Shown here: one piece after another, positions 10,930 through 24,010 of the stretch
How the letters are laid out: every line of letters starts with the position of its first letter
Position numbering within the stretch: the first letter of the stretch is position 1
Assembly (NCBI GenBank): GCA_951406725.2
Contig: OX597824.1
Location: 69,812,001 to 69,876,000, forward strand
DNA length: 64,000 nt
Direction: 5' to 3'
DNA from: Octopus vulgaris
Taxonomy: Eukaryota
Notes under the pieces: generated by a model
Databases searched by the model: none
The model's input: the letters and a program-made list of their open reading frames with translations, nothing else
What the model was told of the DNA's origin: nothing
Made by a program: the position numbers and the translations under genes

Positions 10930-11990
10930 TATACCCTTGTCTGATCTGATGCGTTAACCTAATGTGATGCAACTGCAAGAAGCTAGGAAATTTCTTCAGT
11001 GATCTCCCGATTTTGCCTTACACTGCAGCGATCCAACCACTGACGACAGGAGCAAAACCAGCTGCAATGAGGACAGCTATCATGTATTAGTAGTCAACCC
11101 TATCGAAAGCTTTCGATTCATCTAAATTGACCAGTGTCACACTCGTTCCATCTTTCTTACCCTCATTCTTTATGATAAATCGCATGAACTAAAAGTTGTC
11201 GTGGATAGATCTGTTCGGGATGGCGCATGTCTGCGTATCACCGACCACACTACCAACTACAAGCGGCAATCTCTTCGTTAATACCTTGGCTAAATCTTAA
11301 AATTTGTTTCGCAAAGCAATGAGTCAAAATCATCGATGTCTTCCCTCTTTTGTTAGCAGCGTTACCATTTCTACACAGACAGAACAGGGAATTCTTCCGT
11401 TCTGTTACCATTTGAGTTACCTATTTTGTAGCCATACATTTTGTGATAGTCTGATTATATTTTCGTCCTTCACCGCTTACATTTCCTCGTTGTTTAACGT
11501 GAAAACACTGCGGGATGCAGTAGGGCCTGGTTAAAGCATATTTGTGTACATGTATCCTTTGTGCTGGTGATAGTATCGTTAAATGAGAACAAGTCCCGCC
11601 TGGGTAGTTTGTGTTCCGAAGGTGTCTTGTGTTTCAGTATCTTAGTTGTGATTTTGATTCTTGCTGCTTCTGCTGCTGTTTTACTTGCTAATATTGCTGT
11701 TGGTTTTGCTGAATGTTGTGGTTTGGGCAATTAGTGCATTCCGCCCCCTCCTTGCTTGAAGTCAGGAAGCTCTTTGATGAATGGTGCGACCGTATGTGTA
11801 CCCCATAGAATTTCTGCCTTCTACAACAATTCTTATCGGTTTTTCACCCTTCAAATAAATCATGCGTTTGCAGAGTTAATAGAAGCGTTTGCAAAGTTAA
11901 TATTCTGTTCTAAATATCGTCTAGTACTGACACAAATTTGATTTAGAGTTAACATTCTCCTTATATTTTCTCCAAGACCATTACGAAATA
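10930..11990 (-). pseudogene. Decayed Tx1/L1-clade element (RT, plus probable ORF1 remnant at 11530-11990)
   Basis: Minus strand: QNGRIP, AKVLTKRLPLVVGSVVGDTQTCAIPNRSIHDN, VNLDESKAFDRVD, AAGFAPVVSGWIAA. IVVEGR lies upstream. Confidence 0.8.
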
Positions 11991-12506
11991 ATTGACGTTT
12001 GTTTCAGATCACCGAGTGCTCACTGTCAGGTTAGTAAAGCATCAACCTATTTATAATACCACCAATAAACACCAATCGGAGGAGCGTGGGTGGCAGGCTA
12101 TTTTCTTAGCCTCCTCTCCTTGGAAACATAAGACCCCACCAACAGCATCCTATATGCCTTCATTTATTAACACCACACAACGTTGTTGTTTTACCAATTG
12201 ACTTTATTCAATTTTTGCTGTTATTATAACATTAAAACTGTTCTTGGAGACGTTCGCAAATGTTGTTATTTTTTACCATCACTCGATATTATGCAAACCC
12301 TACCTCCTACAAATTGTTGTTGCTGTATTTATTATTATTATTGTTATTATTATTATTATTATTATGTTTTTTCCTTCTTTCTTTAAATTTTCTTCCGTTT
12401 CCCGCCGAGTGTTTTCCATACACCTAGGGCAGAGAAGGGCATTGTATGCATTCCCAGATTACACGCGCAAAATTATTATTATTAATATTATTATTATTAT
12501 TATTAT

Positions 12507-13061
12507 TGAGTGAGAGAGCAGAGCATGCCATCAAAGTGACACTGGGGTAAAATATACGAAGCCCAATATACCCATCATGACTACCCGTCTGATAAAGGTA
12601 CACCAGGCACATGCATCACAACCATATGTGCGCGACATGGTGATCTCATATCAAGATAAACAGCACATCACCTTGCAGGTGGGGCCCAGTTAGAATTTTC
12701 TTCAGGTTGAGTAGCCCATCCCGCTCAAAAGGTCTCTGAATAAGGGTTGTTTAAGGATGTTGAAAGAACCACCCATGTTTCCAGAGGTGAATTATTCAAA
12801 CCCCAAAGAATCCCCCCCAACACATGGCCATGATGCTCCCCCACTACTTCTGCTCGTGATCAGAGATGCACATATCGTCAGCCACTAAGGGACATGCTCA
12901 ACTGGTTAAAGTCAAACAACTGACAAGCAAATCTGTGGTATTGAGCAGAATATTTGCTGTAGCCCATCTTTTATACCAAGACAAAACAATGTACATGATA
13001 ACACTTCCAATCAGTTAAGATCAGAAGCCATGAGAGCCACTGCCTGGTACTGCATCAGGGC

Positions 13062-13064
<3 letters not shown>
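12507..13064 (-). mobile_element. 558-bp non-coding (TAA)n-targeted retroposon, copy 1
   Basis: Flanked on both sides by (TTA)n; near-identical inverted copy at 16397-16954; a short terminal piece is repeated at 13131-13208. Confidence 0.85.
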
Positions 13065-13131
<67 letters not shown>

Positions 13132-13224
13132 GAGTGAGAGAGCAGAGCATGCTATCAAAATGACACAGGTGTAAAATATGAAACCCAGTATACCCATCAT
13201 GACTACCCGAAGTTTTTACCCGAG

Positions 13225-14200
13225 TTATTTTGCAAGCCCACGTCATCCCACATTTACCTCCACCTTCGCTCCGATCATCCACAGCATATAATTCGGTCAA
13301 ATCTGAAATTCCAATTTTTTAGGATTAAACGGATTTGTACTGACTCAGGGGATTACCGGAAACATGCAAATGCTTTTGTACACCGTTATGTCAAACGCGG
13401 TTGCAGTGAATCACGCTTAAAGGAAATAGCAAATGACATAGCAAAGATTAACAAAGAAAGTCAAAGCCACACGCATAGTTTTAGCAAACACAATGCAATA
13501 TTTTACAGAATTTCTTTAGTGATTAACTGGCACCGAAATTTCGCTGGCATTTCATGAAGTTACCAGCATGTTGCAGAAAAATATCCTCGTTTCAAACAAA
13601 TTTTTCCTCAGCTGCCTATTGTAGCCTTTAGACGGAATAAAAATGTAAGAGAACTATTAACCCCTACTTTTGATTCCAATAAAACTAACATTGGAGTTTC
13701 TGCTCGCTGTACCTTGAAAAACAGCCGCAAGTGAGGTAAGCCCTGTTTATTGTGCATCAACATGAGTCAAGTCAATTCCATCAGGTATCATTAAAAAAAA
13801 GTTATGATTTATACAGAAGGTGGGACATGTAGAGATTCCCATTTGGTGTACGCAGCAGAAAGCACGAAACACAACTTGATTTATGTTGGTTGTACAACAG
13901 AACAATTAAACAAAAGATTTAATGGGCACAGATTTGACGTCAGGCACAATAACAGTAGTTTGACAGAACTTGCCGAACATTTTGTTTCAGACAGCTGCAA
14001 ATTTAAGAAAGACCAGAAAGTGCATATTCTCAGAAAATATTCTGAGTCTGCTACACTTTCAGTACTCAAAATGTTTGAGGAGAAATATGTTTACAGGTTA
14101 TTAACATCGCGCCCCGGGGGAATGAATAAAATGACAAGAGAAATTCATCAAATTTACACAAATTCTTCTTTTCCTTTTCTTTCTTCTTTCGTTATATATT
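13225..14200 (+). pseudogene. Decayed Penelope-like element (RT thumb + GIY-YIG)
   Basis: HIYLHLRSDHP, RIKRIC, PIVAFRRNKNVRELL, LVYAAE...LIYVGCTTEQLNKRFNGHR and PGGMN, with several stops. Confidence 0.85.
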
Positions 14201-14972
14201 TTTCTTCTCTCTTTTTATTTCCTTTTCTTCATGCTAGTTACAAAATTGACCTTTGAAGACTGATGATGTCATTCCATCAGCGTGTGGACGCTGCTTGTAC
14301 TCATTCATATTTTAGATTTCAATTTCTATAATTTTGAATTTTTATCCCTTTTCATTTTGAACTCAAGAAAGACAGGCTTGCTGTCAAAATATCATTCAAC
14401 CAATAAAATATCTATCACAATCGCATCGCGCTGTTCGTGTTACTCTTTTACTTGTTTCAGTCATTTGATTGCGGTTATGTTAGAGCACCGCTTTTAGTCA
14501 AGCAAATTGACGTCAGAGCTTATTCTTTGTAAGCCTAGTACCCATATATATATATATATATATATATAGGTAAGCCACATTTAAGTGGTAAATATACTTC
14601 ACGATGTCGTGAAGCGAACCGGTCAACTTTATGTATAAATATATATTTTTATATGTTTGTTTCTTTTTACACAATATTAAAACAAGGGCTAAAATTTTCC
14701 TGAAGCAGCATCCCAACTAATTTTATCTACGAGCCGCCACTGTATTCACACACGCACTTGTATAGATTGAACTATGTAAAATGTTAGAGAAAGGAAACTT
14801 AACTGTGTCTTACAATGCACACATTTAAATCAAAACTTTTCATGCACCTTTAATATACTACTGGGAATCCCCAAGTTTCTATTTTAGTAGTGTGGACCCC
14901 ACCACACCCAACCAAATCTTATATGGATTTCAAGGTGTCAAATACCCCTTGTTGAGAACCGTTGATGTAGAT

Positions 14973-15499
14973 CAGTAGTTCAAAAGTTTATTCGGGCTGC
15001 CGCCCCCTTGATACCCGGGTCACATTCTTACCGCCCTCACCCCAAATAACCGTTACAAACATAAACCTCTTTATAAAGCAAATACAAAGCAACTTAAGGA
15101 GTACTAGCCATCTGAATGTGGCTAGCCACTGGGGGTGGGGTGTTACTGATGCTTTTAGCCCCAGGCGATCAACGTCACCAGATGGACTTTAGACACAATC
15201 TCAGTGCCCTTGTGTTATTTGCAAAGGGAGGTCATCCTCCCTCGAAAACCTAAGTGCTACATACGGACTATAGTTTCAAGGTAATTGCCTCTCGTCAACG
15301 CATGGTAAACACCCACAAATAAAACATAACCTAATGAACCCATTATTTTGTTGTTTTTACATGAATTGCCACCCCATTATCGCCCCAAATTTTACATGAA
15401 TCGTTACCTCATCATGGCCCCACTTTTCTTCAACACCCCCTTAGAACTTTCCACTGCCCCCAGGAGGAGGGCAATATTGCCCACTTTGAGAACCACTGA
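14973..15499. mobile_element. hAT-like MITE remnant
   Basis: Begins CAGTAGTTC and ends TTTGAGAACCACTG; gatgtaga-like sequence flanks both ends. Confidence 0.5.
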
Positions 15500-15784
15500 T
15501 GTAGATGATGAGGGTTTTCACTGTTGCTTATGTATTCTTTTTATCCTCTGAAACAATACAGGATATCGTAACAAGACGTCCAGCATCAGTTCCGATTAAA
15601 TGTACCTGCTGACATCGTAAGTGAACGAAGCTACACACAACATCCAACTTTAATTTTCCCGTTGTAAACCTCTGTTGTACTCACTAACACGGACCTCAGC
15701 CAGTCTTATAAAATGACGAAGCGAAAACACGCTGGAATTTTTAACATACTGTAAGGATCGTCGAGAAGTATATATATATATATA

Positions 15785-16048
15785 AAATTAATTAAGGGTA
15801 GAAATTGATATTTATCAATTAAGACCAGTGGTCTAGCATATTAAAAAAAAGAATCCGAAGATTAAAATATTTATATATACCAATTAAGGACTGAACACGA
15901 AAAGTGGACAGTCAACATGCTATATATAGACGTCAAATCGCCATTCTCCACAAAAAATTATGAGAACATAATCTTTTGTGGAGAATGGCGATTTGACGTC
16001 TATATCTAGCATGTTGACTGTCCACTTTTCGTGTTCAGTCCTTAATTG
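15785..16048. mobile_element. Fold-back cassette between (TA)n tracts with an 82-bp near-perfect hairpin
   Basis: Arms at 15881-15962 and 15967-16048, loop AGAA, two mismatches. A single-arm relative lies at about 60458-60525. Confidence 0.85.
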
Positions 16049-16088
<40 letters not shown>

Positions 16089-16354
16089 CAAAACCTGACG
16101 AAAATGATGTAAGCGTTTTCTTTGTTTTAGTAACTGTTATGAATTTTGGATCAAGGCCAGAAATTTTAGCGGGAAAAATACGTCGATGACCTCGAACCCG
16201 TGCTTCATTTGATTGGTATATTATTTTTATCGAGCGCAAAAGGATGAAAAGTAAAACTGAACACGGTAGAAAATGAACTCAGAATGTAAAGATTGATAAA
16301 ATGTCGCAAGCATTTTGGCCGGTGTCCTAAAGATTCTGCTGGCTCACCGCCTTG

Positions 16355-16396
<42 letters not shown>

Positions 16397-16399
<3 letters not shown>

Positions 16400-16954
16400 G
16401 CCCTGATGCAGTACCAGGCAGTGGCTCTCATGGCTTCTGATCTTAACTGATTGGAAGTGTTATCATGTACATTGTTTTGTCTTGGTATAAAAGATGGGCT
16501 ACACCAAATATTCTGCTCAATACCACAGATTTGCTTGTCAGTTGTTTGACCTTAACCAGTTGAGCATGTCCCTTAGTGGCTGACGATATGTGCATCTCTG
16601 ATCACGAGCAGAAGTAGTGGGGGAGCATCATAGCCATGTGTTGAGAGGGATTCTTTGGGGTTTGAATAGTTCACCTCTGGAAACATGGGTGGTTCTTTCA
16701 ACATCCTTAAACAACCCTTATTCAGGGACCGTTTGAGCGGGATGGGCTACTCAACCTGAAGAAAATTCTAACTGGGCCCCACCTGCAAGGTCATGTGCTG
16801 TTTATCTTGATATGAGATCACCATGTCGCGCACATATGGTTGTGATGCATGTGCCTGGTGTACCTTTATCAGACGGGTAGTCATGATGGGTATATTGGGC
16901 TTCGTATATGTTACCCCAGTGTCACTTTGATGGCATGAAGTGCTCTCTCACTCA
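16397..16954 (+). mobile_element. 558-bp non-coding (TAA)n-targeted retroposon, copy 2
   Basis: (AAT)n-AATGCCCTGATGCAG...CTCTCTCACTCA-(ATA)n, with the same boundaries as copy 1. Confidence 0.85.
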
Positions 16955-16974
16955 ATAATAATAATAATAATAAT

Positions 16975-17862
<888 letters not shown>

Positions 17863-17866
17863 ATTC

Positions 17867-18175
17867 TATTGGGTTGTCCAGAAAGTTCGTGCCGGTTTTT
17901 AAACGAAAGAAAAAGGTCAATAAATACTTGCCATTACATTTTTAATCAACCAAATATGAAACATTTTGTTGCACAATGCGTCTCCATCTTTCATTTAACT
18001 TGAAAATAACCTCTTCCCAGAATTGAGGTGGTTTCATGGCAAAGAATTCAAGGTATCTTTTTACGTCATCTAAGGAATTGAAATTTTTTCAATTAAGACT
18101 ATTCTGCAGAGACCTGAATAAGTGGAAATCCGAAGGAGCAATATTTGGTGAATATCGAGGGTGGGGTAACACATT
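17867..18175 (-). pseudogene. Mariner transposase 3' remnant with terminal inverted repeat
   Basis: VLPHPRYSPNIAPSDFHLFRSLQNSL (YSPDLAP motif); TIR TATTGGGTTGTCCAGAAAGTTCG. Confidence 0.85.
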
Positions 18176-18189
18176 GGAATTTCTGCAAG

Positions 18190-18535
18190 ATATTAGTTTT
18201 TGCAGGATGAGGAAAAAGCTATTACCATTTTCTGGGAATAAAACTGCAGGCTCTTCTAAACGAGGAAGTAAGGTTGTTGTGGGCCATTTTGTATACAAAG
18301 CGAAAGAAGAAAAAACATAACAAGCTGCATATTGTTGTTATTAACGAGAAGAAAATATATTTTAATCGATGTGAAGGACTTGAAGTATAAAATCTTCAAG
18401 AGGTGGGAGTGAATAAGAGCCTGTTAGTGCAGATTATTATTTTGGAGCGTTGGAAACTGATTCCAGGAATTTGAAAACAAACTTTGGAAAACTTGATCTT
18501 ATGTATGGAATGTGTGCAGTACAGAAAACAGGTTC
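18190..18535 (+). pseudogene. R4/Dong-clade restriction-like endonuclease remnant
   Basis: Frameshifted translation LNEEVRLLW...HNKLHIVVINEKK...LIDV...QIII.GAL...VQKT resembles the HNRPDIVV/IDV/PIIIGALG pattern. Confidence 0.55.
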
Positions 18536-18704
18536 GGAAAGCGGTCAATAAAATTTAAGGACACTATTTTGTTCTCCAATGAGATATTTGCAAAAGTCCC
18601 TTTCCTGCCTGCAGCTAACTCCATTTTGGTTACTCTCATCGTAGCAGCAGTTGCTTTCAATGTTGTGCTTCGTCCTACTACAATTTCCATGTAGTGAGGA
18701 AGAC

Positions 18705-19100
18705 TCTTCTTCTTCTTCTTCTTCTTCTTCTTCTTCTTCTTCTGCTTCTTCTTCTTCTTCTTCTTCTTCTTCTTCTTCTTCTTCTTCTTCTTCTTCTTCT
18801 TCTTCTTCTTCTTCTTCTTCTTCTTCTTCTTCTTCTTCTTCTTCTTCTTCTTCTTCTTCTGCTTCTGCTTCTTCTTCTTCTTCTTCTTCTTCTTCTTCTT
18901 CTTCTTCTTCTTCTTCTTTCTTCTTCTTCTTCTTCTTCTTCTTCTTCTTCTTCTTCTTCTTCTTCTTCTTCTTCTTCTTCTTCTGCTTCTTCTTCTTCTT
19001 CTTCTTCTTCTTCTGCTTCTTCTTCTTCTTCTTCTGTTTCTTCTTCTTCTTCTTCTTCTTCTTCTTCTTCTTCTTCTTCTTCTTCTTCTTCTTCTTCTTC
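18705..19100. repeat. About 396-bp (TTC)n/(GAA)n microsatellite
   Basis: Directly visible, with sparse TGC interruptions and one phase shift. Confidence 0.98.
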
Positions 19101-19458
19101 CTGTTGTCTACTGCCAATCATAGTGGGGAAGACGAGGAAGTCCTCGTGCAAACTGCCGTGCCACCTCCCTTCCTCGCTGTCGCTTTTCGTCGCCATCTTC
19201 AAGCAACTTTGCGAAGAAATTTGAAAATAAAAGGTTTGTACCACCCCCAAAATGAGGCTTTTGTTAACTAAACGTCACCCCCACCAGCAGGGCACTTGAC
19301 TTGTATAACGATTTAAACAACAAAATACAGTATAGAACCGTTTAAACAAGTGAATTAGTCATAAACTTACAGCGCTCCAAAGACACACACCCAGCTGTGA
19401 CAACAATAATAATAACAACAACAACAACAACAACATTAACAACAACAACAACAACAAC

Positions 19459-19493
<35 letters not shown>

Positions 19494-19494
19494 C

Positions 19495-19860
19495 TAGTTG
19501 AGCATGTCCCTCACTGTCTGACAATATGCTCATCTCTGATCACAATGAGGATTAGTGGGGGAGCATCGTAGCCACGTGTTGACAGGAATTCTTTGGTAGG
19601 ATGGGTGTTTCGTTCATCATCTTTAAACAACTTTATTCCGGGACAAATTTGAGTAGGATGGGAAGCTTGACTTGAAGAAAATTCTAACTGGGCCCCACCT
19701 GCAAGGTCATGCGCAGTTTATCTCGATATGAGATCAACATGTCGCGCACTTACGATTGTGATGCATGTGTCTGATGTACCCTTATCAGACGGGTAGTCAC
19801 GATAGAATATTGAGCTTCGAATATTTGTACCCCGGTGTCACTTTGATGGCATGCGTTGCT
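19495..19860 (+). mobile_element. Older, truncated copy of the 558-bp element
   Basis: agttgagcatgtccct...gtcactttgatggcatg aligns to 16558-16937 with many substitutions; preceded by (AAC)n/(AAT)n. Confidence 0.8.
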
Positions 19861-20300
19861 GGTTTCAAATTTTGGCACAAAGCCAATAAGTTTCGCGGAA
19901 GGGGTTAAGCCGAATATATTGGCCCAGTGGTGAATTAGGGTTTATTTTATGGACCTCGAAATATGAAGGGCAAAGTCGACCACGGCGGAATTTGAACACA
20001 GAACGTTAAGACGGATGAAATGCCGCTAAGCATTTCTCCCGGCATGCTAACGATTGTGCTTTTTTAATGATGCTCCTTTCTACTATAGACACAAAGTCTG
20101 AAATTTTGCAGGCGGGGACCGGTCGTTTAAATTGACTGCAGTGTTTCACTGGTACTTGATCAACCCCGAAATAATGAAAGGCAAAGTCAACCTCAGCAGA
20201 AATTGTACGCAGAACGTAGTGGCAGACGAAATACCAATAAGCATTTCGCCCAGCATACTAACGATTCTGCCAGCTCGCCGCCTTTCTAATAATAATAATG

Positions 20301-20353
<53 letters not shown>

Positions 20354-20359
20354 CATTTC

Positions 20360-21290
20360 TACAAAACGCATAATGCCTGAAATTTTGTGAAGGGGACAGT
20401 CGATTATATTGACTACAGTGTTTCACTAGTACTTAGTTTATCGACGCCAAAAGGATGAAAGGCAAAGTCGACCTCGGCGGTATTTGAACTCAGAACGTAA
20501 CAGCAGACGAAATACCTATTTCTTTACTACCCACAAGGGCTAAACACAGAGCGGACAAACAAGGACAGACAAACGGATTAAGTCGGTTATATCGACCCCA
20601 GTGCGTAACTTGTACTTAATTTATCGACCCCGAAACGATGAAAGGCAAAGTCGACCTCGGCGGTATTTGAACTCAGAACGTAACAGCAGACGAAATACCT
20701 ATTTCTTTACTACCCACAAGGGCTAAACACAGAGCGGACAAACAAGGACAGACAAACGGATTAAGTCGGTTATATCGACCCCAGTGCGTAACTTGTACTT
20801 AATTTATCGACCCCGAAACGATGAAAGGCAAAGTCGACCTCGGCGGAATTTGAACTCAGAACGTAACGGCAGACGAAATACCTATTTCTTTATTACCCAC
20901 AAGGGGCTAAACATAGAGGGGACAAAAAAGGACAAACATAGGTATTAAGTCGATTACATCGACCCCAGTGCGTAACTGATACTTAATTTATCGATCCCGA
21001 AACGATGAAAGGCAAAGTCGACCTCGGCGGAATTTGAACTCAGAACGTAACAGCAGGCGAAATACCTATTTCTTTACTACCCACAAGGGCTAAACACAGA
21101 GAGGACAAACAAGGACAGACAAACGGATTAAGTCGATTATATCGACCCCAGTGCGTAACTGGTACTTATTTAATCGACCCCGAAAGGAGGAAAAGCAAAG
21201 TCGACCTCGGCGGAATTTGAACTCAGAACGTAACGGCAGACGAAATACCGCTCAACATTTCACACGGCGTGCTAACGTATCTGCCAGCTA
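20360..21290 (-). repeat. Tandem concatemer of family A SINE body (183-bp period) behind a single tRNA head
   Basis: GAAAGGCAAAGTCGACC (or a close variant) starts at 20457, 20640, 20823, 21007 and 21190. Confidence 0.92.
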
Positions 21291-21359
21291 ATAATAATAA
21301 TAATTGTAATTATTATTATTATTATCATTATTATTATTATTATTATTATTTCAATCTTT

Positions 21360-22395
21360 TTGCCACAAGGGCAGCTTAGGTGAGATGGAGATGAGTCGAT
21401 TACATCGACCACAGTATTCCACTGGTATTTATTCTATTGACCTCAAAAGGATGAAAGGCAAAGTCGACCTCGGTGGAATTTGAACGCAGAAAGTAAAGAC
21501 GGACGAAATGCGTTGAGCATTTTGTTCGGCGCGCTAACGATTCTGCCAGCTCGCTGCGTTAAGCAATAATAATAACCCTTTCTACTATGGGCGCAAGGCC
21601 TGGAATTTTGATGGAGGGGATTAGTCGATTGCATCAATCCTTGTGCTTGACAGGTACTTATTTTATCCACCCCAAAAGGATCCTCGGGAAAATCTGAACT
21701 CAGAACTTAGACACGGGCGAAATACAGCTAAAAAAAAAAAAAAAGCCATTCCACTCGGCGCGCTATCGATTCTGCCAACTCGCCTCCTTCGGTTTGCCAG
21801 TAATAAATACTTATATTTCTCTAGGAGTGTCAGATGAGATCAGGAGCGCAGATGGGGATACATTCCGACGACAAATTACTAATTGCGCAACAACGATCCT
21901 TACTAACAACCGCAAGGAGAACATTTACTTTTATATATTTTTTTTCATTGAGTATTATAATTAATTAGCAGCAGGCAAGGCTGGAAGCATCGGTAGCACG
22001 CCGGGCGAAATACTTAGCAGCATTTCGTGTCACTACGTTCTGGGTTCAAATTCCGCCGAGGTTGACCTTGCCTATCATCCTGGCGGAGCTGATAAATTAA
22101 GTACTCGTGGAACACTGCGGCGGTCAATGTAAACGACTTGTCCCCTCTCCCAAAATTTCAGGTCGTGTGTCTTTAGTAGAAAGGATTATTATTAAAAAGG
22201 CAGAATCGTTTCCACACCAGGCAAAATCCTTAGCGGCATTTCGTCCATCCTTTCGATCTGAGTTCAAATTCCGCCTAGGTCGACTTACTCCCTCATCCTT
22301 ACGAGGTCGATAAAATAAGCACCAGTGAAACACTGGGGTCGATGTAACCAACTTAACCTCTCTCCGCAAATTTAATGGTCAAGTGACAAAATTTG
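21360..22395. mobile_element. Diverged family A SINE copies in both orientations
   Basis: Minus copies at about 21360-21790 and plus copies at about 21970-22395 carry the same core. Confidence 0.75.
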
Positions 22396-23007
22396 AAGTT
22401 AATATAATTTAATTAACAGCATGAATGTATTTTTATCAACACCACCACAAGCAACAACAACAATAACAACATTCTTTAGATCTCAACTATGCTGATGAGT
22501 GTATAGCACCAAATCACTTGAGATTGAACAAACGTTCCACTTAAGATTTGGGATTGGACACGATGACTACAAGTAAAAAGATCGCAGTTACAACACGAAG
22601 ATTCAATTTACAATAAAATTCTAGGAAATTGCACTTGTCATTTTTCTCAAACGGAAACAATACAAACACAACGATTAAAAAGCACGAGATTGTATTTCTT
22701 ATAAAACCTCCCCATAGAAAGGTTTTGTCTAAATATTGCTTTCTCTGTACTGTGAAGACCTAATGGCAGTAGAGGTCGTAGTGTTGGTGTTGGTGGGGAA
22801 GCATTTTAAAAGGATATAACATACAAATTATCTTAACTAGACAACGCTTTTGTAATATAAATGAATGGTTGCAAGAATGTTCATCTTTGCACAATCACAA
22901 GATTGCCTGTTCGATGTTCATAGAAAGATTTGCTCAGGAACTGATGTCACTACATTGGCAAAATCTTGACAAATTATCTTAATTAAATAAAATTTTTGTA
23001 TAAAGTG

Positions 23008-23620
23008 TAGTGCGAAAGTCTTGTCGCCTCCTACCGAAAAGTAATAAGAACAATAAATAAATAAATAAATGCGCCCTTTTAAAGCCTAGCCAGGCTCATG
23101 GGGCCGGTTTCCCGGTTTCAATAGCATGTGTTCTCCAGCTGGACGGGACGCCAGTCCATCTCAGCGCTACTCATTTTTGCCAGCTGAGTGGACTGGAGCA
23201 ACTTGAAATGAAGTGTTTTGCTCAAAAATGCAACGCGTCGCCCGGTCCAGGAATCGAAACCATAACCTTATGACCATGATGCTGACACCCTACCCATTAA
23301 GCCATGCGCCTCCACAATAAGAACAATAGAGGAACAATATAATAATACCAAACACATGTATTGGTTTTAGTATATTCACTTTCATTGACACTGACACCGT
23401 CACATAGCGAGATTTGTATGACACCGACAGCTTCGTAAAATATCACACAGAACATGGCGCCGCATTATTTTGTGGCATGAAAATGAAGGTATTCATACAG
23501 ACTTTCTCAATGTGAGAAAGTGAATATACAAAAACCAATACATGTGTTTAATACTGTTATATTGTTCCTCTATTGTTGTTAGTACTTTTCGGTGGAGGAT
23601 GACAAGACTTTTGGACAACC
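23008..23620. mobile_element. Tc1/mariner-like MITE with about 110-bp TIRs; left TIR interrupted by a SINE
   Basis: aaagtcttgtcgcctcctaccgaaaagta...acatgtattggttttagtatattcacttt is the reverse complement of 23510-23615. Confidence 0.75.
23056..23316 (-). mobile_element. tRNA-derived SINE with 13-bp target-site duplication
   Basis: Head TGGAGGCGCATGGCTTAATGG, tail (ATTT)n; TSD AATAAGAACAATA at 23043-23055 and 23317-23329. Confidence 0.88.
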
Positions 23621-23624
23621 AAAA

Positions 23625-23796
23625 AGGCGCAGGAGTGGCTGTGTAGTAAGTAGCTTGCTAACCAACCACATGGTTCCGGGTTCAGTCCCACTGCGTAGCA
23701 TCTTGGGCAAGTGTCTTCTGCTATAGCCCCGGACCGACCAATGCCTTGTGAGTGGATTTGGTAGACGGAAACTGAAAGAAGCCTGTCGTATATATG

Positions 23797-23827
<31 letters not shown>

Positions 23828-24010
23828 TTGTGTGTCTGTGTTTGTTCCCCTAGCATTGCTTGACAACCGATGCTGGTGTGTTTAGAGACCGATAGAATAA
23901 GTACTGGGCTTACAAAAAGAATAAGTCCCGGGGTCGAGTTGCTCGACTAAAGGCGGTGCTCCAGCATGGCCGCAGTCAAATGACTGAAACAAGTAAAAGA
24001 GTAAGAGTAA
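23625..24010 (+). mobile_element. Family B SINE
   Basis: AGGCGCAGGAGTGGCTGTG...GACTGAAACAAGTAAAAGAGTA. Confidence 0.9.

Noticed and set aside
14250-14290. Hammerhead after the decayed Penelope ORF (TTGAAGA-CTGATG...CATCAG)
   Set aside because: The position is plausible but GAAA and stem III are absent; at most a fossil.
20360-21290. CRISPR or tRNA gene array
   Set aside because: The units are whole SINE bodies with no unique spacers and no complete cloverleaf.
22480-22524. Hammerhead-like CTGATGA-GTG-tatag-CAC-CAAA
   Set aside because: G12 is missing, the stem I register is wrong, and there is no Penelope context.
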